A stretch of 64,000 nucleotides of DNA, taken from NCBI GenBank assembly GCA_965248835.1, contig CBDFLJ010000002.1, positions 1,120,001-1,184,000 on the forward strand, read 5' to 3'. Shown here piece after piece: positions 47,125-60,587 of this stretch. Numbering within the stretch: position 1 is the stretch's first letter; every line of letters begins with the position of its first letter. Source of the DNA: Alphaproteobacteria bacterium (GTDB lineage: Bacteria; Pseudomonadota; Alphaproteobacteria; MPNO01). A program made the translations under genes and the position numbers. Below the pieces are notes generated by a model, which made no database searches, had not been told where the DNA came from, and saw only the letters and a list, made by a program, of their open reading frames with translations.

Positions 47125-48351
47125 GTGAGCGATAAGCTCCAACGCGTATCGAAATCCGAAGTCGGCCAAGCCGCGATCGACAACGCCGCCGGCTACCTGT
47201 CCTCGATCGAGGAGGTGATCGAGGATATCCGCAACGGCCGCGTCGTAATCCTGGTCGATGACGAGAACCGCGAGAACGAGGGCGACCTGGTGGTTGCGGC
47301 GCAAATGGCGACGCCCGAGGTGGTCAACTTCATGGCCACCCACGGGCGCGGGCTGATCTGCCTGGCGATGACCCGCCCGCGGGTCGAAACCATCGGCCTA
47401 CCGCTGATGTCCCAGCACAACCGGACCCGCCACCAGACAGCCTTCACGGTCTCGATCGAGGCGCGCGACGGGGTGACGACGGGAATCTCCGCGCCGGACC
47501 GCGCACGCACGATCGCCGTCGCGATCGATTCCACCAAGGGCGCCGAGGACATCGTAACGCCTGGTCACATCTTCCCGCTGGTAGCGTCCGACGGCGGCGT
47601 GCTCGAGCGCGCCGGCCATACCGAGGCCTCGGTCGACATCGCTCGGCTCGCCGGGTTGAACCCTTCGGGCGTGATCTGCGAGATCATGAATGACGACGGC
47701 ACCATGGCCCGGCTGCCGGACCTGGTCAGCTTCGCCCAGTACCACGGCCTGAAAATCGCTACCATAGAGGCCCTGATCGCCTACCGTCTGCGCCACGACA
47801 CCCTTGTCGAGCGCCTGCTCCAGACCCGCGTGCGCCGAGCCAATGGCGGCGACTTCCGGCTGATCATCTACGTCAACCGGATCAGCGGCGCCGAGCACCT
47901 GGCGCTGATCAAGGGCGAAATCTCCGGGTCCGAACCGTTGCTTGTGCGCATGCACGCGATCAACGTGCTCGACGACGTGCTGCACGACCAGACCAGCGGC
48001 CGGGGCGATGAAATGGAAGCCTGCATCCGGGCGATCAGCGAGGCGGGCCGCGGGCTCGTGGTGATGATCCGCGATTCCTATGCGCAAAGCTTCGCCAATC
48101 AGGTTCGCCAACGCCACGAGCTGCCCGACGATCCCGGCGCGGCCTCGGTCGAGGTCAGCGTGACCACCGGCGGCGAGCGCGCCTTCAGCCCGCCGGCGCT
48201 GCGGGACTACGGCGTCGGCGCCCAGATCCTGCGCGACCTCGGGGTCCACGACATGATCCTGCTGACCAACCATCCGCGCGCGGTCGTGGGTCTGGAAGCC
48301 TACGGTCTGCGCATCGTCGAACGTCGCGCCATCGGCTCCTCGCGCTGCTAG
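47125..48351 (+). CDS. ribB: DHBP synthase with degenerate GTP cyclohydrolase II domain
   Basis: [24 protein letters not shown]; C-domain lacks the zinc cysteines. Confidence 0.93.
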   Translation: MSDKLQRVSKSEVGQAAIDNAAGYLSSIEEVIEDIRNGRVVILVDDENRENEGDLVVAAQMATPEVVNFMATHGRGLICLAMTRPRVETIGLPLMSQHNRTRHQTAFTVSIEARDGVTTGISAPDRARTIAVAIDSTKGAEDIVTPGHIFPLVASDGGVLERAGHTEASVDIARLAGLNPSGVICEIMNDDGTMARLPDLVSFAQYHGLKIATIEALIAYRLRHDTLVERLLQTRVRRANGGDFRLIIYVNRISGAEHLALIKGEISGSEPLLVRMHAINVLDDVLHDQTSGRGDEMEACIRAISEAGRGLVVMIRDSYAQSFANQVRQRHELPDDPGAASVEVSVTTGGERAFSPPALRDYGVGAQILRDLGVHDMILLTNHPRAVVGLEAYGLRIVERRAIGSSRC

Positions 48352-48359
48352 GAGCTGGC

Positions 48360-48821
48360 ATGGCCGACAATCCCCACGTCATGATCGTCGAGGCGCGGTT
48401 CTACGATGCCATTGCTGACGAGCTGGTTGCCGGTGCGACCGCGGTGCTCGAGGACGCCGGCGCGAGCCATGAGCGCTTCGTGGTCCCGGGGGCCTTCGAG
48501 ATACCCGGAGCCATCCGGTTCGCCGCCGAGGCGATGAAAAAGGACGACGCGGCGCACCGCTTGGACGGGTTTATCGGGCTCGGCTGCGTCATACGGGGCG
48601 AGACGACGCATTACGACTATGTTTGCCAGGAGAGCGCGCGCGGCCTTCAGGACCTCGTGCTGGTCCACGGCTTGGCGATCGGCTACGGGATCCTGACCTG
48701 CGAAAACCGCACGCAGGCGATGGCCCGCGCACGGCGCCAGGAACAGGACCGGGGCGGTGCGGCCGCACGCGCCTGCCTTGCCATGATCGCCCTGAAACAG
48801 CGGTTCGGGCTGGGCGGGTGA
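48360..48821 (+). CDS. ribH: 6,7-dimethyl-8-ribityllumazine synthase
   Basis: VPGAFEIP, GCVIRGETTHYDYV, GILT. Confidence 0.96.
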   Translation: MADNPHVMIVEARFYDAIADELVAGATAVLEDAGASHERFVVPGAFEIPGAIRFAAEAMKKDDAAHRLDGFIGLGCVIRGETTHYDYVCQESARGLQDLVLVHGLAIGYGILTCENRTQAMARARRQEQDRGGAAARACLAMIALKQRFGLGG

Positions 48822-49360
48822 TGGCCGAAGCGGGATCGAGGGCGCCGAAGGCCAGCGCCAAAACCCCGTCGGCAAGGTTGAGCGCGGCGCGCCTTGCCGC
48901 AGTCCAGGCGCTTTACCAGGCGGAAATCACCGGCATGCCGCCCGATTCGGTGATTCTGCAGTTCCTCGAGTTCCGCAGCGACGGCGTGCTCGACGACGAC
49001 GAGGCGCCGGTCAAGCCCGACCCGGCGCTGTTCACCGAACTGGTGCGCGGCGCCCACACGCGATCCGGGGAGATCGACGACATGCTGCGCTCGGTGCTGC
49101 AGGAGACGTGGGCCTTGGAGCGGGTCGAGCTGCTGTTGCGCTGCATCCTGCGTGCCGGGGTTTACGAGCTGCTGGCCCGCCGGGCGGTCCCCGCCCGCGC
49201 CGCGATCTCGGAATATGTCGATCTGACCGATGCCTTTTTCGATCCTGCCGAGCGCGGCATGGCCAATGCGATCCTCGACCGGCTGGCCCGCCGGCTGCGC
49301 GAGGCCGAGTTCACCGACACCGAAGACGCCAGTGATGTCGCTTCGGCTGCCGCGCGATGA
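48821..49360 (+). CDS. nusB: Transcription antitermination factor NusB
   Basis: ARLAAVQALYQ, ILRAGVYEL, ISEYV, NAILD; TGATG coupling to ribH. Confidence 0.93.
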   Translation: MAEAGSRAPKASAKTPSARLSAARLAAVQALYQAEITGMPPDSVILQFLEFRSDGVLDDDEAPVKPDPALFTELVRGAHTRSGEIDDMLRSVLQETWALERVELLLRCILRAGVYELLARRAVPARAAISEYVDLTDAFFDPAERGMANAILDRLARRLREAEFTDTEDASDVASAAAR

Positions 49361-50348
49361 GTTCGCGCTGATCGAAGCGCTGTTCGCGCCCCTCGCCGCG
49401 GGCGATGCCGGGGCGCTGGGCCTGCGCGACGACGCGGCCCTGATCGCGCCCGAACCCGGTTGCGAGCTGGTGGCAACCACCGACATGCTGGTCGGCGGCG
49501 TCCATTTCTTCCCGGATGATCCGCCCGACCTGATCGCCAGGAAGCTCTTGCGCGTGAACCTCTCGGACCTTGCCGCGATGGGCGCGCGGCCGCGGGGCTA
49601 TCTGCTGAGCCTGGCGCTGCCCGCCGACATCGAAGGGCGATGGATTGATCGTTTCGCGGCCGGGCTCAAGCAAGACCAGGCGTTCTTTGGGATCTCCCTG
49701 CTGGGCGGCGACACCACGGCGACTGCCGGATCCACCTGTCTTTGCGTTACCGCGTTTGGCGAGGTCGAGGCGGGCACCGCGCTCCTTCGTTCCGGTGCGC
49801 GCAGCGGTGATGAGGTCTACGTATCCGGTACGATCGGCGATGCCGCGCTGGGGTTGCGGGCGCTCGGCGTCCCAGACGCGGCTGCGGCCGCCGATGAGGG
49901 GCAGCGCGCGTATCTGGTCGACCGCTACCGGCTGCCGCAGCCGCGGCTCGACCTGGGGGTGCGGCTGCGCGGGCTGGCGACGGCGGCCGCCGATATCTCG
50001 GACGGTCTGGCCGCCGACCTCGGCCATATCTGCAGCGCGTCCGGCCTCGGTGCGGAGATCGAGGCGCGCGCGGTCCCGCTGTCGCCCGCAGCCAGGGCCG
50101 CGGACCTCGAAGATCCGTCCACAATGGCCCTGATCCTGACCGGCGGCGATGACTATGAACTGGTCTTTACCGTTCCGCCGGACCGTGCCGGGGAAGTCCG
50201 GGCGTTGGCCGAAGAATTCGCCATCCCGTTGAGCCGCATCGGCCGGATCAAGACCGGCGAGGGCGTAACGGTGCTCGGCAAGGACGCACAGCCGCTCGCC
50301 CTGCCGCAGACGGGCTACCGCCATTTCTCGGGCTCTTCGGGGAACTGA
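49335..50348 (+). CDS. thiL: Thiamine-monophosphate kinase
   Basis: EFALI, DDAA, VNLSDLAAMGA, GGDT, DISDGL, GGDDYEL. Confidence 0.95.
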   Translation: MSLRLPRDEFALIEALFAPLAAGDAGALGLRDDAALIAPEPGCELVATTDMLVGGVHFFPDDPPDLIARKLLRVNLSDLAAMGARPRGYLLSLALPADIEGRWIDRFAAGLKQDQAFFGISLLGGDTTATAGSTCLCVTAFGEVEAGTALLRSGARSGDEVYVSGTIGDAALGLRALGVPDAAAAADEGQRAYLVDRYRLPQPRLDLGVRLRGLATAAADISDGLAADLGHICSASGLGAEIEARAVPLSPAARAADLEDPSTMALILTGGDDYELVFTVPPDRAGEVRALAEEFAIPLSRIGRIKTGEGVTVLGKDAQPLALPQTGYRHFSGSSGN

Positions 50349-50432
50349 CCGGCGGTGCGAGATCGGCGTTCTGCGCTGGGCTGCCTGCCGAAGTTTGGCA
50401 TTCACCGACGGCTGTCTTGGGCGTAGTCTGCC

Positions 50433-51629
50433 ATGGTGACCTTTTTCGCCGGCATCAATCGCAACGTCGCGCTGCTCGCCCTGTGCCAAGCGCTGTTCAT
50501 GACGACCACCTCGGCGATCATCGCCTCGGGGGCGCTGATCGGCTACCTGCTCGCCGAAGACAAGACCTATGCGACCATCCCGATCGCGCTGCAGTTCGCC
50601 GCGACGATGGCAACGGCGATCCCGGCCTCGCTCTACATGCGCCGCGTCGGGCGCCGGCTCGGCTTCGTGACCGGGGCTGCGATCGGCGCCTTCGGCGGGG
50701 TGATAGCGACGGCGGCGATCTTCCTGGGTTCCTTCTGGTTGTTTGCCGCGGGCACCGCGCTGATCGGCTCGTTCAACGCCTTCAGCCAGTTCTTCCGGTT
50801 TGCCGCCGCCGATTCCGCCGGTCCGGCGATGCGTGGGCGGGCGATCTCGCTGGTGCTCGCCGGCGGGCTCGTCGCCGCCGTGACCGGCCCGAACATGGCG
50901 CGCCTTACCAAGGACATGTTCGATCCGATCGTCTATGCCGGCACGTTCGCTGTCGTCGTCGGCCTCTGCATCGCGATCGGTCTGGTGACCTCGCTCCTGC
51001 GCATCCCGCCGATGAGCCAGGCCGACCGCAGCGGTCCGCAACGCCCGTTGCTGGAGATCCTGTTACAGACCAAATGCCTGGTCGCGATCATCGGCGCCGT
51101 GTCGAGCTATGTCGTGATGTCCTTCCTGATGACCGTCACGCCGCTTGCGATGAAAGACAGCGGGTTCAGCTTCGGCGACTCGGCGATGGTGATCCAGGCC
51201 CACATCATCGGGATGTTCCTGCCGTCCTTTTTCACCGGACATCTGATCGCCCGCTACGGCACGACGAACGTCATGACCGCCGGCGCGCTGCTGCTCGCCC
51301 TGTGCGTTGTGATCAACTTGGCCGGAATCGGGTTTCTTAATTTCCTCAGCGCGCTGATCTTCGTCGGGGTCGGCTGGAACTTCCTGTTCATCGGCGGCAC
51401 GACCTTGCTGACCGATTGCTACCGCCCCTCGGAAATGGCCAAGATCCAGGGCTTCAACGATTTCTGTATCTGGGGCTCGGTGGCGATCGGCGGCGTGTTC
51501 TCCGGCGCCTCGCTCCATCTCTACGGCTGGGCCATGGTCAACCTGGTCGTCGTCCCGCTGATCGTCCTGATCCTGTGCGCCATCGTCTGGCTTAAATTCG
51601 ACCAGGCCCGTCAGAGCCAAGCGGCATGA
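50433..51629 (+). CDS. MFS transporter
   Basis: About 12 TM helices; GRRLGF, RFAAAD, GVGWNF motifs. Confidence 0.9.
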   Translation: MVTFFAGINRNVALLALCQALFMTTTSAIIASGALIGYLLAEDKTYATIPIALQFAATMATAIPASLYMRRVGRRLGFVTGAAIGAFGGVIATAAIFLGSFWLFAAGTALIGSFNAFSQFFRFAAADSAGPAMRGRAISLVLAGGLVAAVTGPNMARLTKDMFDPIVYAGTFAVVVGLCIAIGLVTSLLRIPPMSQADRSGPQRPLLEILLQTKCLVAIIGAVSSYVVMSFLMTVTPLAMKDSGFSFGDSAMVIQAHIIGMFLPSFFTGHLIARYGTTNVMTAGALLLALCVVINLAGIGFLNFLSALIFVGVGWNFLFIGGTTLLTDCYRPSEMAKIQGFNDFCIWGSVAIGGVFSGASLHLYGWAMVNLVVVPLIVLILCAIVWLKFDQARQSQAA

Positions 51630-51800
51630 GCCGTCAGGGCCCGTCGTCCGGGCCGGCGTTGTTGCCTTGGCCGGCGAGTTCTGGCATGTTCCGCGCGCAT
51701 TTCTGACTGCCCCCCCTTCACCAGTCAGTTTCCTGATTTCCAGTGCCGTGCGCGCCTTGGGCCGGCCCTGAATCCGGATCAGAACAGAGGCTTTCCGACG

Positions 51801-53909
<2,109 letters not shown>

Positions 53910-53952
53910 TCCGATACCGCGCGAGCCGGCGGGTGGGACGCGCTGCGGTCGA

Positions 53953-54459
53953 TCAGGGGCCGCCCAGGCTGCCGCCGTCTCCGCCGCCCCCGGCCTGGTT
54001 GAACCGCCCGAGGTTGCCGATCAACTGCTCGACGAAGGTCAGCTCGTTGCCCTTGGTCGGCGTGGTCCGCTCAACCAGGTCGACTTTGTCCGCGGTTGTC
54101 GCGTCGTGGCGCTTGACCTCCTTGACGATACCCTGGTCGTCGAAGCGGATTTCCAGGACCCTGTGCTCGAGGACTTCCGGGGTGAAAAAGGCCAGTGTTT
54201 CCGTGCGCTTGCCGATGTAATACCAGGCCTGCTCCTGCTCGAAGGTCGCCCGGGCGGACGGACTGCCCAGCATCGTCGCGACCTCGTCGCGGGTGTGCTT
54301 GCCGGGCTTGATCGCTTCGACGACCTCCACCAGGGGGATGTTGCCGTTGTTGTCGCGCTGCGGCGTGCACCCGTCGAGAATGGCAGCGCTGAATGCCAGG
54401 GCCAGCGCCAGGGCACCCGTCGATGCGCGCAGCGATTCCGTGAATGGGAGGATACTCAT
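53953..54459 (-). CDS. bamE: Outer membrane protein assembly factor BamE
   Basis: Lipobox LDGC, V..MLGSPS, WYYI, QLIGNLGRF; divergent from cbp3. Confidence 0.88.
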   Translation of the reverse strand: MSILPFTESLRASTGALALALAFSAAILDGCTPQRDNNGNIPLVEVVEAIKPGKHTRDEVATMLGSPSARATFEQEQAWYYIGKRTETLAFFTPEVLEHRVLEIRFDDQGIVKEVKRHDATTADKVDLVERTTPTKGNELTFVEQLIGNLGRFNQAGGGGDGGSLGGP

Positions 54460-54579
54460 ACCAAGAGCCACGTTGCCTTGTACGCGATCCGGACCGATGG
54501 ATAATTCTAACCCGGATCCGCACACCGCGGTAGCGAAGCTTGGGGGAGACAGGCGCCCGAGGGGAGGGGGGTCAGGAAG

Positions 54580-55137
54580 ATGAGGTTGACTCGGCGGTTT
54601 CGCGCCAACGCCCAATCCGCCGTCGCCTGGCGACTCTACGAAGCCGTTGTCGATCAGGCGCGAATGCCCGAATTCTACCTCCAAGCCGGCGTCCCGGACA
54701 CGCTCGACGGCCGGTTCGAGCTCATCGCCCTTCACGCATTCGTCGTCCTGCGCCGGCTCAAGATTGAGCATGACCGGACAAAGGCACTGGCGCAGGCGCT
54801 GTTCGACCGGATGTTCGACGACATGGACCGGAGTCTGCGCGAGATGGGCGCGGGTGATCTCGGCGTCGGCCGCCGGGTCAAGGCGATGGCCAGCGCGTTC
54901 TACGGGCGGATCGGCGCCTACGAGACCGGGTTGGCCGGCGATGACGCGGTGCTCCACGCGGTGCTCGCGCGCAATCTCTACGGGACCATCACGCCCGATC
55001 CGGCTTGCATCGAGACGATAGCCTGCTATCTACGGACCCAGATCGATCACATCGACTCGCTGCCGCTGGACCGGCTGATGGGGGGCGACATCGATTTCGC
55101 GCCGCTCGCCGGGCGGCTCGGCGGCGCCGAACGATAA
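54580..55137 (+). CDS. Ubiquinol-cytochrome c chaperone (Cbp3 family)
   Basis: VPDTLDGRFEL..LH, DRSLREMGAGDLGV, FYGR..AY. Confidence 0.92.
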   Translation: MRLTRRFRANAQSAVAWRLYEAVVDQARMPEFYLQAGVPDTLDGRFELIALHAFVVLRRLKIEHDRTKALAQALFDRMFDDMDRSLREMGAGDLGVGRRVKAMASAFYGRIGAYETGLAGDDAVLHAVLARNLYGTITPDPACIETIACYLRTQIDHIDSLPLDRLMGGDIDFAPLAGRLGGAER

Positions 55138-55150
55138 GGCAGCAAGGCGC

Positions 55151-55678
55151 GTGCAAGCCGAATTCTCCCGCATTGTCGACGTCGACGCGCTATGCGCGGC
55201 AGACGCGGCGGTCTTCGAAATCGAGGCCAGCGAAGCCGAGCGCGTCGCGCTCGCCGCACGCTTCGAGCTCGAGGCGATCGACAGGCTTGCCGCGCGGGTC
55301 ACGCTCAAACGAATCGGACCCTCGGAGGTGATGTTCAGCGCCGATATCCGGGCAGATGTCGTCCAGACCTGCGTGCTCACGCTGGAGCCGCTAGCCAAGC
55401 GCATCGAGGATCGGGCCACGCTCCGTTTCGGCGCGGTGGATGCGTCGGACAGCGGGGGAAAGGCGGAATTTGCCGCCGAAGACGATTTCGAACCACTGCC
55501 CGAAGGCGCGTTCGATATCGGCGAGATCGTCGCCGAGGAGCTTTTCCTGCTTCTCGATCCCTATCCCCGGCAGGCCGCCGCCGCCGCCGCGACGGCGGAT
55601 TCCGAATACATCTTGATTCATGAAGAAAAGCCGGATACCCCGTTTCGCGCGCTGGCAGGGTCGCGGCGAAAGGATTAG
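55151..55678 (+). CDS. yceD: DUF177/YceD family protein
   Basis: [26 protein letters not shown]; upstream of rpmF. Confidence 0.88.
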   Translation: MQAEFSRIVDVDALCAADAAVFEIEASEAERVALAARFELEAIDRLAARVTLKRIGPSEVMFSADIRADVVQTCVLTLEPLAKRIEDRATLRFGAVDASDSGGKAEFAAEDDFEPLPEGAFDIGEIVAEELFLLLDPYPRQAAAAAATADSEYILIHEEKPDTPFRALAGSRRKD

Positions 55679-55764
55679 ACTTCGGCTTTGGGTTGCCGGT
55701 CGCCGTGGAGTTCGGTAGTTATCCACGCTGCCCTTTCAGACAATGTGGAACGAAGAGCGTCCTT

Positions 55765-55947
55765 ATGGCTGTTCCCAAGAGAAAAACGTCCAAGTCCCGC
55801 CGCAACATGCGGCGGTCCCATCATCGCTTGGCGAGCGCTGCTTACGGCGAATGCGCCAATTGCGGCGAGCACAAGCGGCCGCATCACGTCTGCCTGTCTT
55901 GCGGCCATTACGATGGCCGCGATGTGATGGACGCGAGCGCGGCCTGA
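55765..55947 (+). CDS. rpmF: 50S ribosomal protein L32
   Basis: [19 protein letters not shown], two CxxC. Confidence 0.97.
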   Translation: MAVPKRKTSKSRRNMRRSHHRLASAAYGECANCGEHKRPHHVCLSCGHYDGRDVMDASAA

Positions 55948-55948
55948 T

Positions 55949-57025
55949 GTGCCGTCGCTCAGGGGGGCCGCCGGTTTGAGCCCGCCTCTGACGATTGCCC
56001 TGGATGCGATGGGGGGCGATTTCGCCCCTCGGATCGTGGTCAGGGGTGCCAATATCGCCCGGCAGCGCTATCCCGGTGTCCGGTTCGGCCTGTTCGGCGA
56101 TGAGCGCAAGATCGCGCCCCTGTTGCGGCGCTTTCCTAAGCTGCGCAACGTGATTTCCATCCGGCACACCGAGGAGGTCGTGACCGCCGATGCCAAGCCC
56201 TCCCAGGCGCTGCGCCAGGGCAGAGAGTCCAGCATGCGGCTTGCGATCAACGCGGTGCGCGACGGCGAGGCGGCCGGCGTGGTCTCCGCCGGCAACACCG
56301 GCGCGCTGATGGCGATGGCGAAGGTCACGCTCAAGACCCTGCCGGGCATAGACCGGCCGGCGATGGCAGCGGTCTTCCCCAGCCAGCGCAGCGAATCGGT
56401 GATGCTGGATCTGGGCGCGAACGTGGAATGCGATGCCGAGAACCTGATCGAGTTCTCGATCATGGGCGCGGAATTCGCGCGCACGGTGCTCGGCCTGTAC
56501 GACCCCAGCGTCGGGCTGCTGAACGTCGGCACCGAGGAAGCCAAGGGGCACGAAGCCGTCCGCCAGGCCTCGGCCCGCCTGCGCGAACGGTCCGGCGGGT
56601 TCCGCTTCCACGGCTTCGTCGAGGGCGACGACATCGCCAAGGGCACTGTCGACGTGATCGTCTCGGACGGGTTTTCCGGCAACATCGCGCTCAAGACAAT
56701 CGAAGGCTCGGTAAGGCTTTATTCCGATTTCCTGCGCAAGGCGTTCAAGAGCTCGATCGCCTCCAGGCTAGGCTACCTGCTCGCGCGGCGGAGCCTCAAC
56801 AAGCTGCGCGCTCGCCTCGATCCCAGACGTTATAACGGCGCCATGTTCCTCGGCCTCAACGGCATCGTCGTCAAGAGTCATGGCGGGACGGATGCCTTCG
56901 GCTTCGCCAACGCAATCGGCGTGGCGGTCGACATGGCGGTCAACGGCTTCAACGACAAGATCATCGCGGAACTGGACAAGAACGGCTCTACCCTGCCCAT
57001 GGAAGCACGCGCGGCCGCGTCCTGA
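55949..57025 (+). CDS. plsX: Phosphate acyltransferase
   Basis: [24 protein letters not shown]; exact start uncertain. Confidence 0.95.
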   Translation: MPSLRGAAGLSPPLTIALDAMGGDFAPRIVVRGANIARQRYPGVRFGLFGDERKIAPLLRRFPKLRNVISIRHTEEVVTADAKPSQALRQGRESSMRLAINAVRDGEAAGVVSAGNTGALMAMAKVTLKTLPGIDRPAMAAVFPSQRSESVMLDLGANVECDAENLIEFSIMGAEFARTVLGLYDPSVGLLNVGTEEAKGHEAVRQASARLRERSGGFRFHGFVEGDDIAKGTVDVIVSDGFSGNIALKTIEGSVRLYSDFLRKAFKSSIASRLGYLLARRSLNKLRARLDPRRYNGAMFLGLNGIVVKSHGGTDAFGFANAIGVAVDMAVNGFNDKIIAELDKNGSTLPMEARAAAS

Positions 57026-57999
57026 TGGTGTTGCGTTCCATCGTCGCTGGTTGTGGGTCCTATCTGCCCGAGCGCATCCTCACCAATGCCGAACTCGCCC
57101 TGCAGGTCGACACCTCCGATGAATGGATCGTCCAGCGGACCGGCATCCACGAGCGGCGGATCGCCGCCGACGGCGAGAAAACATCCGATCTTGCGATCGA
57201 GGCCGCCACGCAGGCGCTTGGCCGCGCGGGCATGCAGCCCTCCGACATCGATCTGATCGTTCTGGCGACGGCGACCCCGGACCACACCTTCCCGGCGACG
57301 GCGACCCGGGTTCAGGGCGCGCTGGGGATCACCCGCGGCGCCGCCTTCGACATCCAGGCCGTCTGTTCGGGCTTTCTCTACGCGGTCACCGTCGCGGACA
57401 ACTTCATCCGTCTCGGCCAAGCCGGAACCGCTCTGGTCATCGGCGCGGAGACCTTTTCGCGGATTCTCGACTGGTCCGACCGGGGCACCTGCGTGCTGTT
57501 CGGCGACGGCGCCGGCGCGGTGGTCCTGCGCGCCGAGGAGGGCAACGGCGAGGCCACCGACCGCGGCGTGATCTCGAACCACCTGCACTCCGACGGGCGG
57601 TACCACGATTTGCTCTATGTCGACGGCGGCCCGTCGAGCACGCGCACGGTCGGCCACCTGAAGATGGTTGGCCGCGAGGTCTTCCGCCATGCCGTCAACA
57701 ACCTCTCCGCGGTGGTCGGCGAGGCGCTCGATGCCAACGGCCTGCGCGCCGAGGACATCGATTGGGTGGTCCCGCACCAGGCCAATCTGCGCATCCTCAA
57801 CAGCACCGCCGCCAAGCTCGGGCTGCCGATGGACAAGTTCGTCCTGACGCTGGACCGCCATGCCAACACCTCGGCGGCCTCGATCCCGCTCGCGCTCGCC
57901 GAGGCGGCCGGGGACGGCCGGATCAAGCGCGGCGACCTCTGCCTGCTCGAAGCGATGGGGGGCGGGTTCACCTGGGCTGCCAGCTTGCTGCGCTGGTAG
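57025..57999 (+). CDS. fabH: Beta-ketoacyl-ACP synthase III
   Basis: [25 protein letters not shown]. Confidence 0.97.
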   Translation: MVLRSIVAGCGSYLPERILTNAELALQVDTSDEWIVQRTGIHERRIAADGEKTSDLAIEAATQALGRAGMQPSDIDLIVLATATPDHTFPATATRVQGALGITRGAAFDIQAVCSGFLYAVTVADNFIRLGQAGTALVIGAETFSRILDWSDRGTCVLFGDGAGAVVLRAEEGNGEATDRGVISNHLHSDGRYHDLLYVDGGPSSTRTVGHLKMVGREVFRHAVNNLSAVVGEALDANGLRAEDIDWVVPHQANLRILNSTAAKLGLPMDKFVLTLDRHANTSAASIPLALAEAAGDGRIKRGDLCLLEAMGGGFTWAASLLRW

Positions 58000-58136
58000 A
58001 CCGGCACTCCGGGCGGCCGGGAGATCCGAGGCCGTTAAGCGCGGATTTACTTTAGGAAATCGCTCTATCCCTTTGATAATTGACTAGCTTATTCACTTGC
58101 GATAGGGTTTGTCGAAATTCGGCGGGGACACATGGA

Positions 58137-58463
58137 ATGGCGCCACAAACGGTTACCCGTGCTCAGCTGAGCGAGGCGGTCTATCAGGAAGTCGGGCTGT
58201 CTCGAAACGAGTCCGCCGACCTCGTCGAGACCGTGTTGCGAGAGATTTCCGATACGCTGACTCGCGGCGAGCCAGTCAAGATCTCGTCCTTCGGCAGCTT
58301 TTCCGTACGCCAAAAGGGCCAGCGTGTGGGCCGCAATCCCAAGACCGGCCAAGAGGTGCCGATACCACCCCGCAAGGTTCTGGTCTTTCGCGCCTCCAAC
58401 GTCCTGAAGGCGCGCATCAACGGCGCCTTGTCCCGCCCCTCGGGCGTCGAATCGAACCGTTAG
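58137..58463 (+). CDS. ihfA: Integration host factor subunit alpha
   Basis: VTRAQL, VKISSFG, GRNPKTG. Confidence 0.96.
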   Translation: MAPQTVTRAQLSEAVYQEVGLSRNESADLVETVLREISDTLTRGEPVKISSFGSFSVRQKGQRVGRNPKTGQEVPIPPRKVLVFRASNVLKARINGALSRPSGVESNR

Positions 58464-58483
58464 ACGGTTAAGGCGTCCTGACG

Positions 58484-58993
58484 ATGGCCGAACCCGCAGA
58501 AGCGACAGGGCCGGAAAGGCGCCGCGGGACCAAGTCCGCAGCCGCGTTCAGGACGATCAGCGAGGTCTCCAGCGATCTCGCCGTCCCGCCCCATGTGCTG
58601 CGGTTCTGGGAGAGCAAGTTCGCTCAGGTCCGACCACTCAAGCGCGGCGGCGGGCGGCGCTACTACCGGCCCGAAGACGTCGACCTGCTGCGCTTGATCC
58701 GCGAACTGCTCTACACCGACGGCTACACCATAAAGGGCGTCCAGAAGCTGCTCCGCGAGCGCGGCATCAAGGGTCTGATCCAGGGTGCGGAGACCGGCGC
58801 GCCGACGGAACCAGGCGAAGACCGGAGCGCGGCCGAGCCTGCCGATCCGGCGCTCGCGCCAGCGCCAGCCGCAGCGATGGAGGCGCCGGCGGCCGCGGAG
58901 CCCGGCGAGATCGAAGCGCTCAGGGCCGCGCTCGAAGACGTGCTCGGCGAACTCGAGGCGCTCAGGGAGAGTCTCCGCAAAGCGATCGGCTGA
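58484..58993 (+). CDS. MerR family transcriptional regulator (ihfA-linked)
   Basis: [33 protein letters not shown]. Confidence 0.93.
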   Translation: MAEPAEATGPERRRGTKSAAAFRTISEVSSDLAVPPHVLRFWESKFAQVRPLKRGGGRRYYRPEDVDLLRLIRELLYTDGYTIKGVQKLLRERGIKGLIQGAETGAPTEPGEDRSAAEPADPALAPAPAAAMEAPAAAEPGEIEALRAALEDVLGELEALRESLRKAIG

Positions 58994-59062
58994 GCGCCGG
59001 GACGTTGTCATCGACCTCGAACCGCCGTATGATTCCCGCGCGCTTGGCGCGTAACCGGCCGA

Positions 59063-59139
<77 letters not shown>

Positions 59140-59143
59140 AGAA

Positions 59144-59179
59144 GATCAGGGGGTTAGGGGAAACTCTGACCCCCTGATC
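59144..59179. terminator. Hairpin immediately after tRNA-Pro
   Basis: 16-bp stem (two G-U pairs) with a GAAA tetraloop, between the tRNA and the convergent dctM. Confidence 0.6.
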
Positions 59180-59270
59180 CGTTGTGCGCGGCCGAACGGG
59201 GTAGAGTCCTCGAACGTATTGCGGGTGTCGGTTGTCGCGCCGCAATTCCGGAATTCTGCGATGGCGGGCC

Positions 59271-60587
59271 TCAGTCCATCGTCCCCGGCAGATAGAGGGA
59301 GATCTGCGGAAACGCCACGAGGAGCGCGACGACGACGACCTCGCACGCCAGGAACCAGCCGACGCCGCGGAAGATCGTCTCCAGCGGGATCGTATCGCCG
59401 ACGACGGACTTGATGACGTAGACGTTGAAGCCGACCGGCGGGGTCAACAGACCGATCTCGAGGAATTTCACCACCAGCACGCCGAACCAGACCAGATCGA
59501 GGTTCAGCCCTTCGAACATCGGCAGAAGGATCGGCAGCGTCAGCAGCAGCAGCCCGAGCGGGTCGAGGAACATCCCGAGGACGACGTAGATTACCGAGGC
59601 TGCGAGCACCAGCAGCAGCGGATCAAGCGCCCAGTCGCCGATCAGGTTGGCGAGATAGCTGGGCATGCCGGTCAACGCGAGAAACTTGGTGTACATCACC
59701 GCACCGACCGCGACGAAAAAGATGCGGGCGGTCGCGGTGATCGCCTCGACCAGGCTTTCGCGGAACACCTCGAAGTTCATCCGGCGCTGAATGAAGGCGA
59801 CGATCAGCGCCAGCACGGCGCCGGCCGCGCCAGCCTCGGTCGGCGTGACGATGCCGGCATAGAGCCCGCCGATGATGCCGACGATCAGCGCGAGCAGGGG
59901 CCAGACCCGCCACAGGGCCCGCATGCGCTCGGGCCTGAGCCGTGCGATCTCCCGAGGATCGATCGGCGGTGCAAGCCCGGGGTCGAGCTTGCAACGGGTC
60001 AGGATCATCACCGTGTAGACCGCGGCTGTCAGAAGGCCGGGAAGGACGCCCGCGATCAGCAGCTTGACGATCGAGACCTCGGCAAAGATGCCGTAGAGCA
60101 CGAACAGGATGCTGGGCGGGATCAGCGAGCCCAGCGTGCCGGCGCTGGCGACCACGCCGGTGGCCAGACCCTTCTCGTAGCCGTGCTCCAGCATCTCGGG
60201 GATGGCGATGCGGCCCATCGCGGCCGCGGTCGCGACCGAGGAACCCGATGCGGCCGCGAACGCCGCACAGGCAAGGTTGGTCGCCACCGCAAGGCCGCCG
60301 GGCAGCCCGCCGAACCACAACCTGGCCGCCTGGAACAGGGCCTGGCTGATGCCCGAATGATGGGCGATCGATCCCATCAGCAGGAACATCGGGATGGCCG
60401 ATAGGCTGTAGTTGGCGGCGAACTCGAACGGCGTGTCCTTGATGATGCCGAAAGCGACGTTGATGTTGCGGATATGGGCGATCCCCAGGAACGCGATCCC
60501 GCCCAGCGCGACCCCGATCGGCAAGCGCCCGCCGATCAGCAGCAGGATGGCGCCGAGGCTCCAGAAGCCGAGTTCGACCGCGCTCAC
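59271..60587 (-). CDS. dctM: TRAP transporter large permease (DctM)
   Basis: SGSSVATAA, GTLGSLIPPS, TPTEAG, LTPPVG. Confidence 0.93.
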   Translation of the reverse strand: MSAVELGFWSLGAILLLIGGRLPIGVALGGIAFLGIAHIRNINVAFGIIKDTPFEFAANYSLSAIPMFLLMGSIAHHSGISQALFQAARLWFGGLPGGLAVATNLACAAFAAASGSSVATAAAMGRIAIPEMLEHGYEKGLATGVVASAGTLGSLIPPSILFVLYGIFAEVSIVKLLIAGVLPGLLTAAVYTVMILTRCKLDPGLAPPIDPREIARLRPERMRALWRVWPLLALIVGIIGGLYAGIVTPTEAGAAGAVLALIVAFIQRRMNFEVFRESLVEAITATARIFFVAVGAVMYTKFLALTGMPSYLANLIGDWALDPLLLVLAASVIYVVLGMFLDPLGLLLLTLPILLPMFEGLNLDLVWFGVLVVKFLEIGLLTPPVGFNVYVIKSVVGDTIPLETIFRGVGWFLACEVVVVALLVAFPQISLYLPGTMD

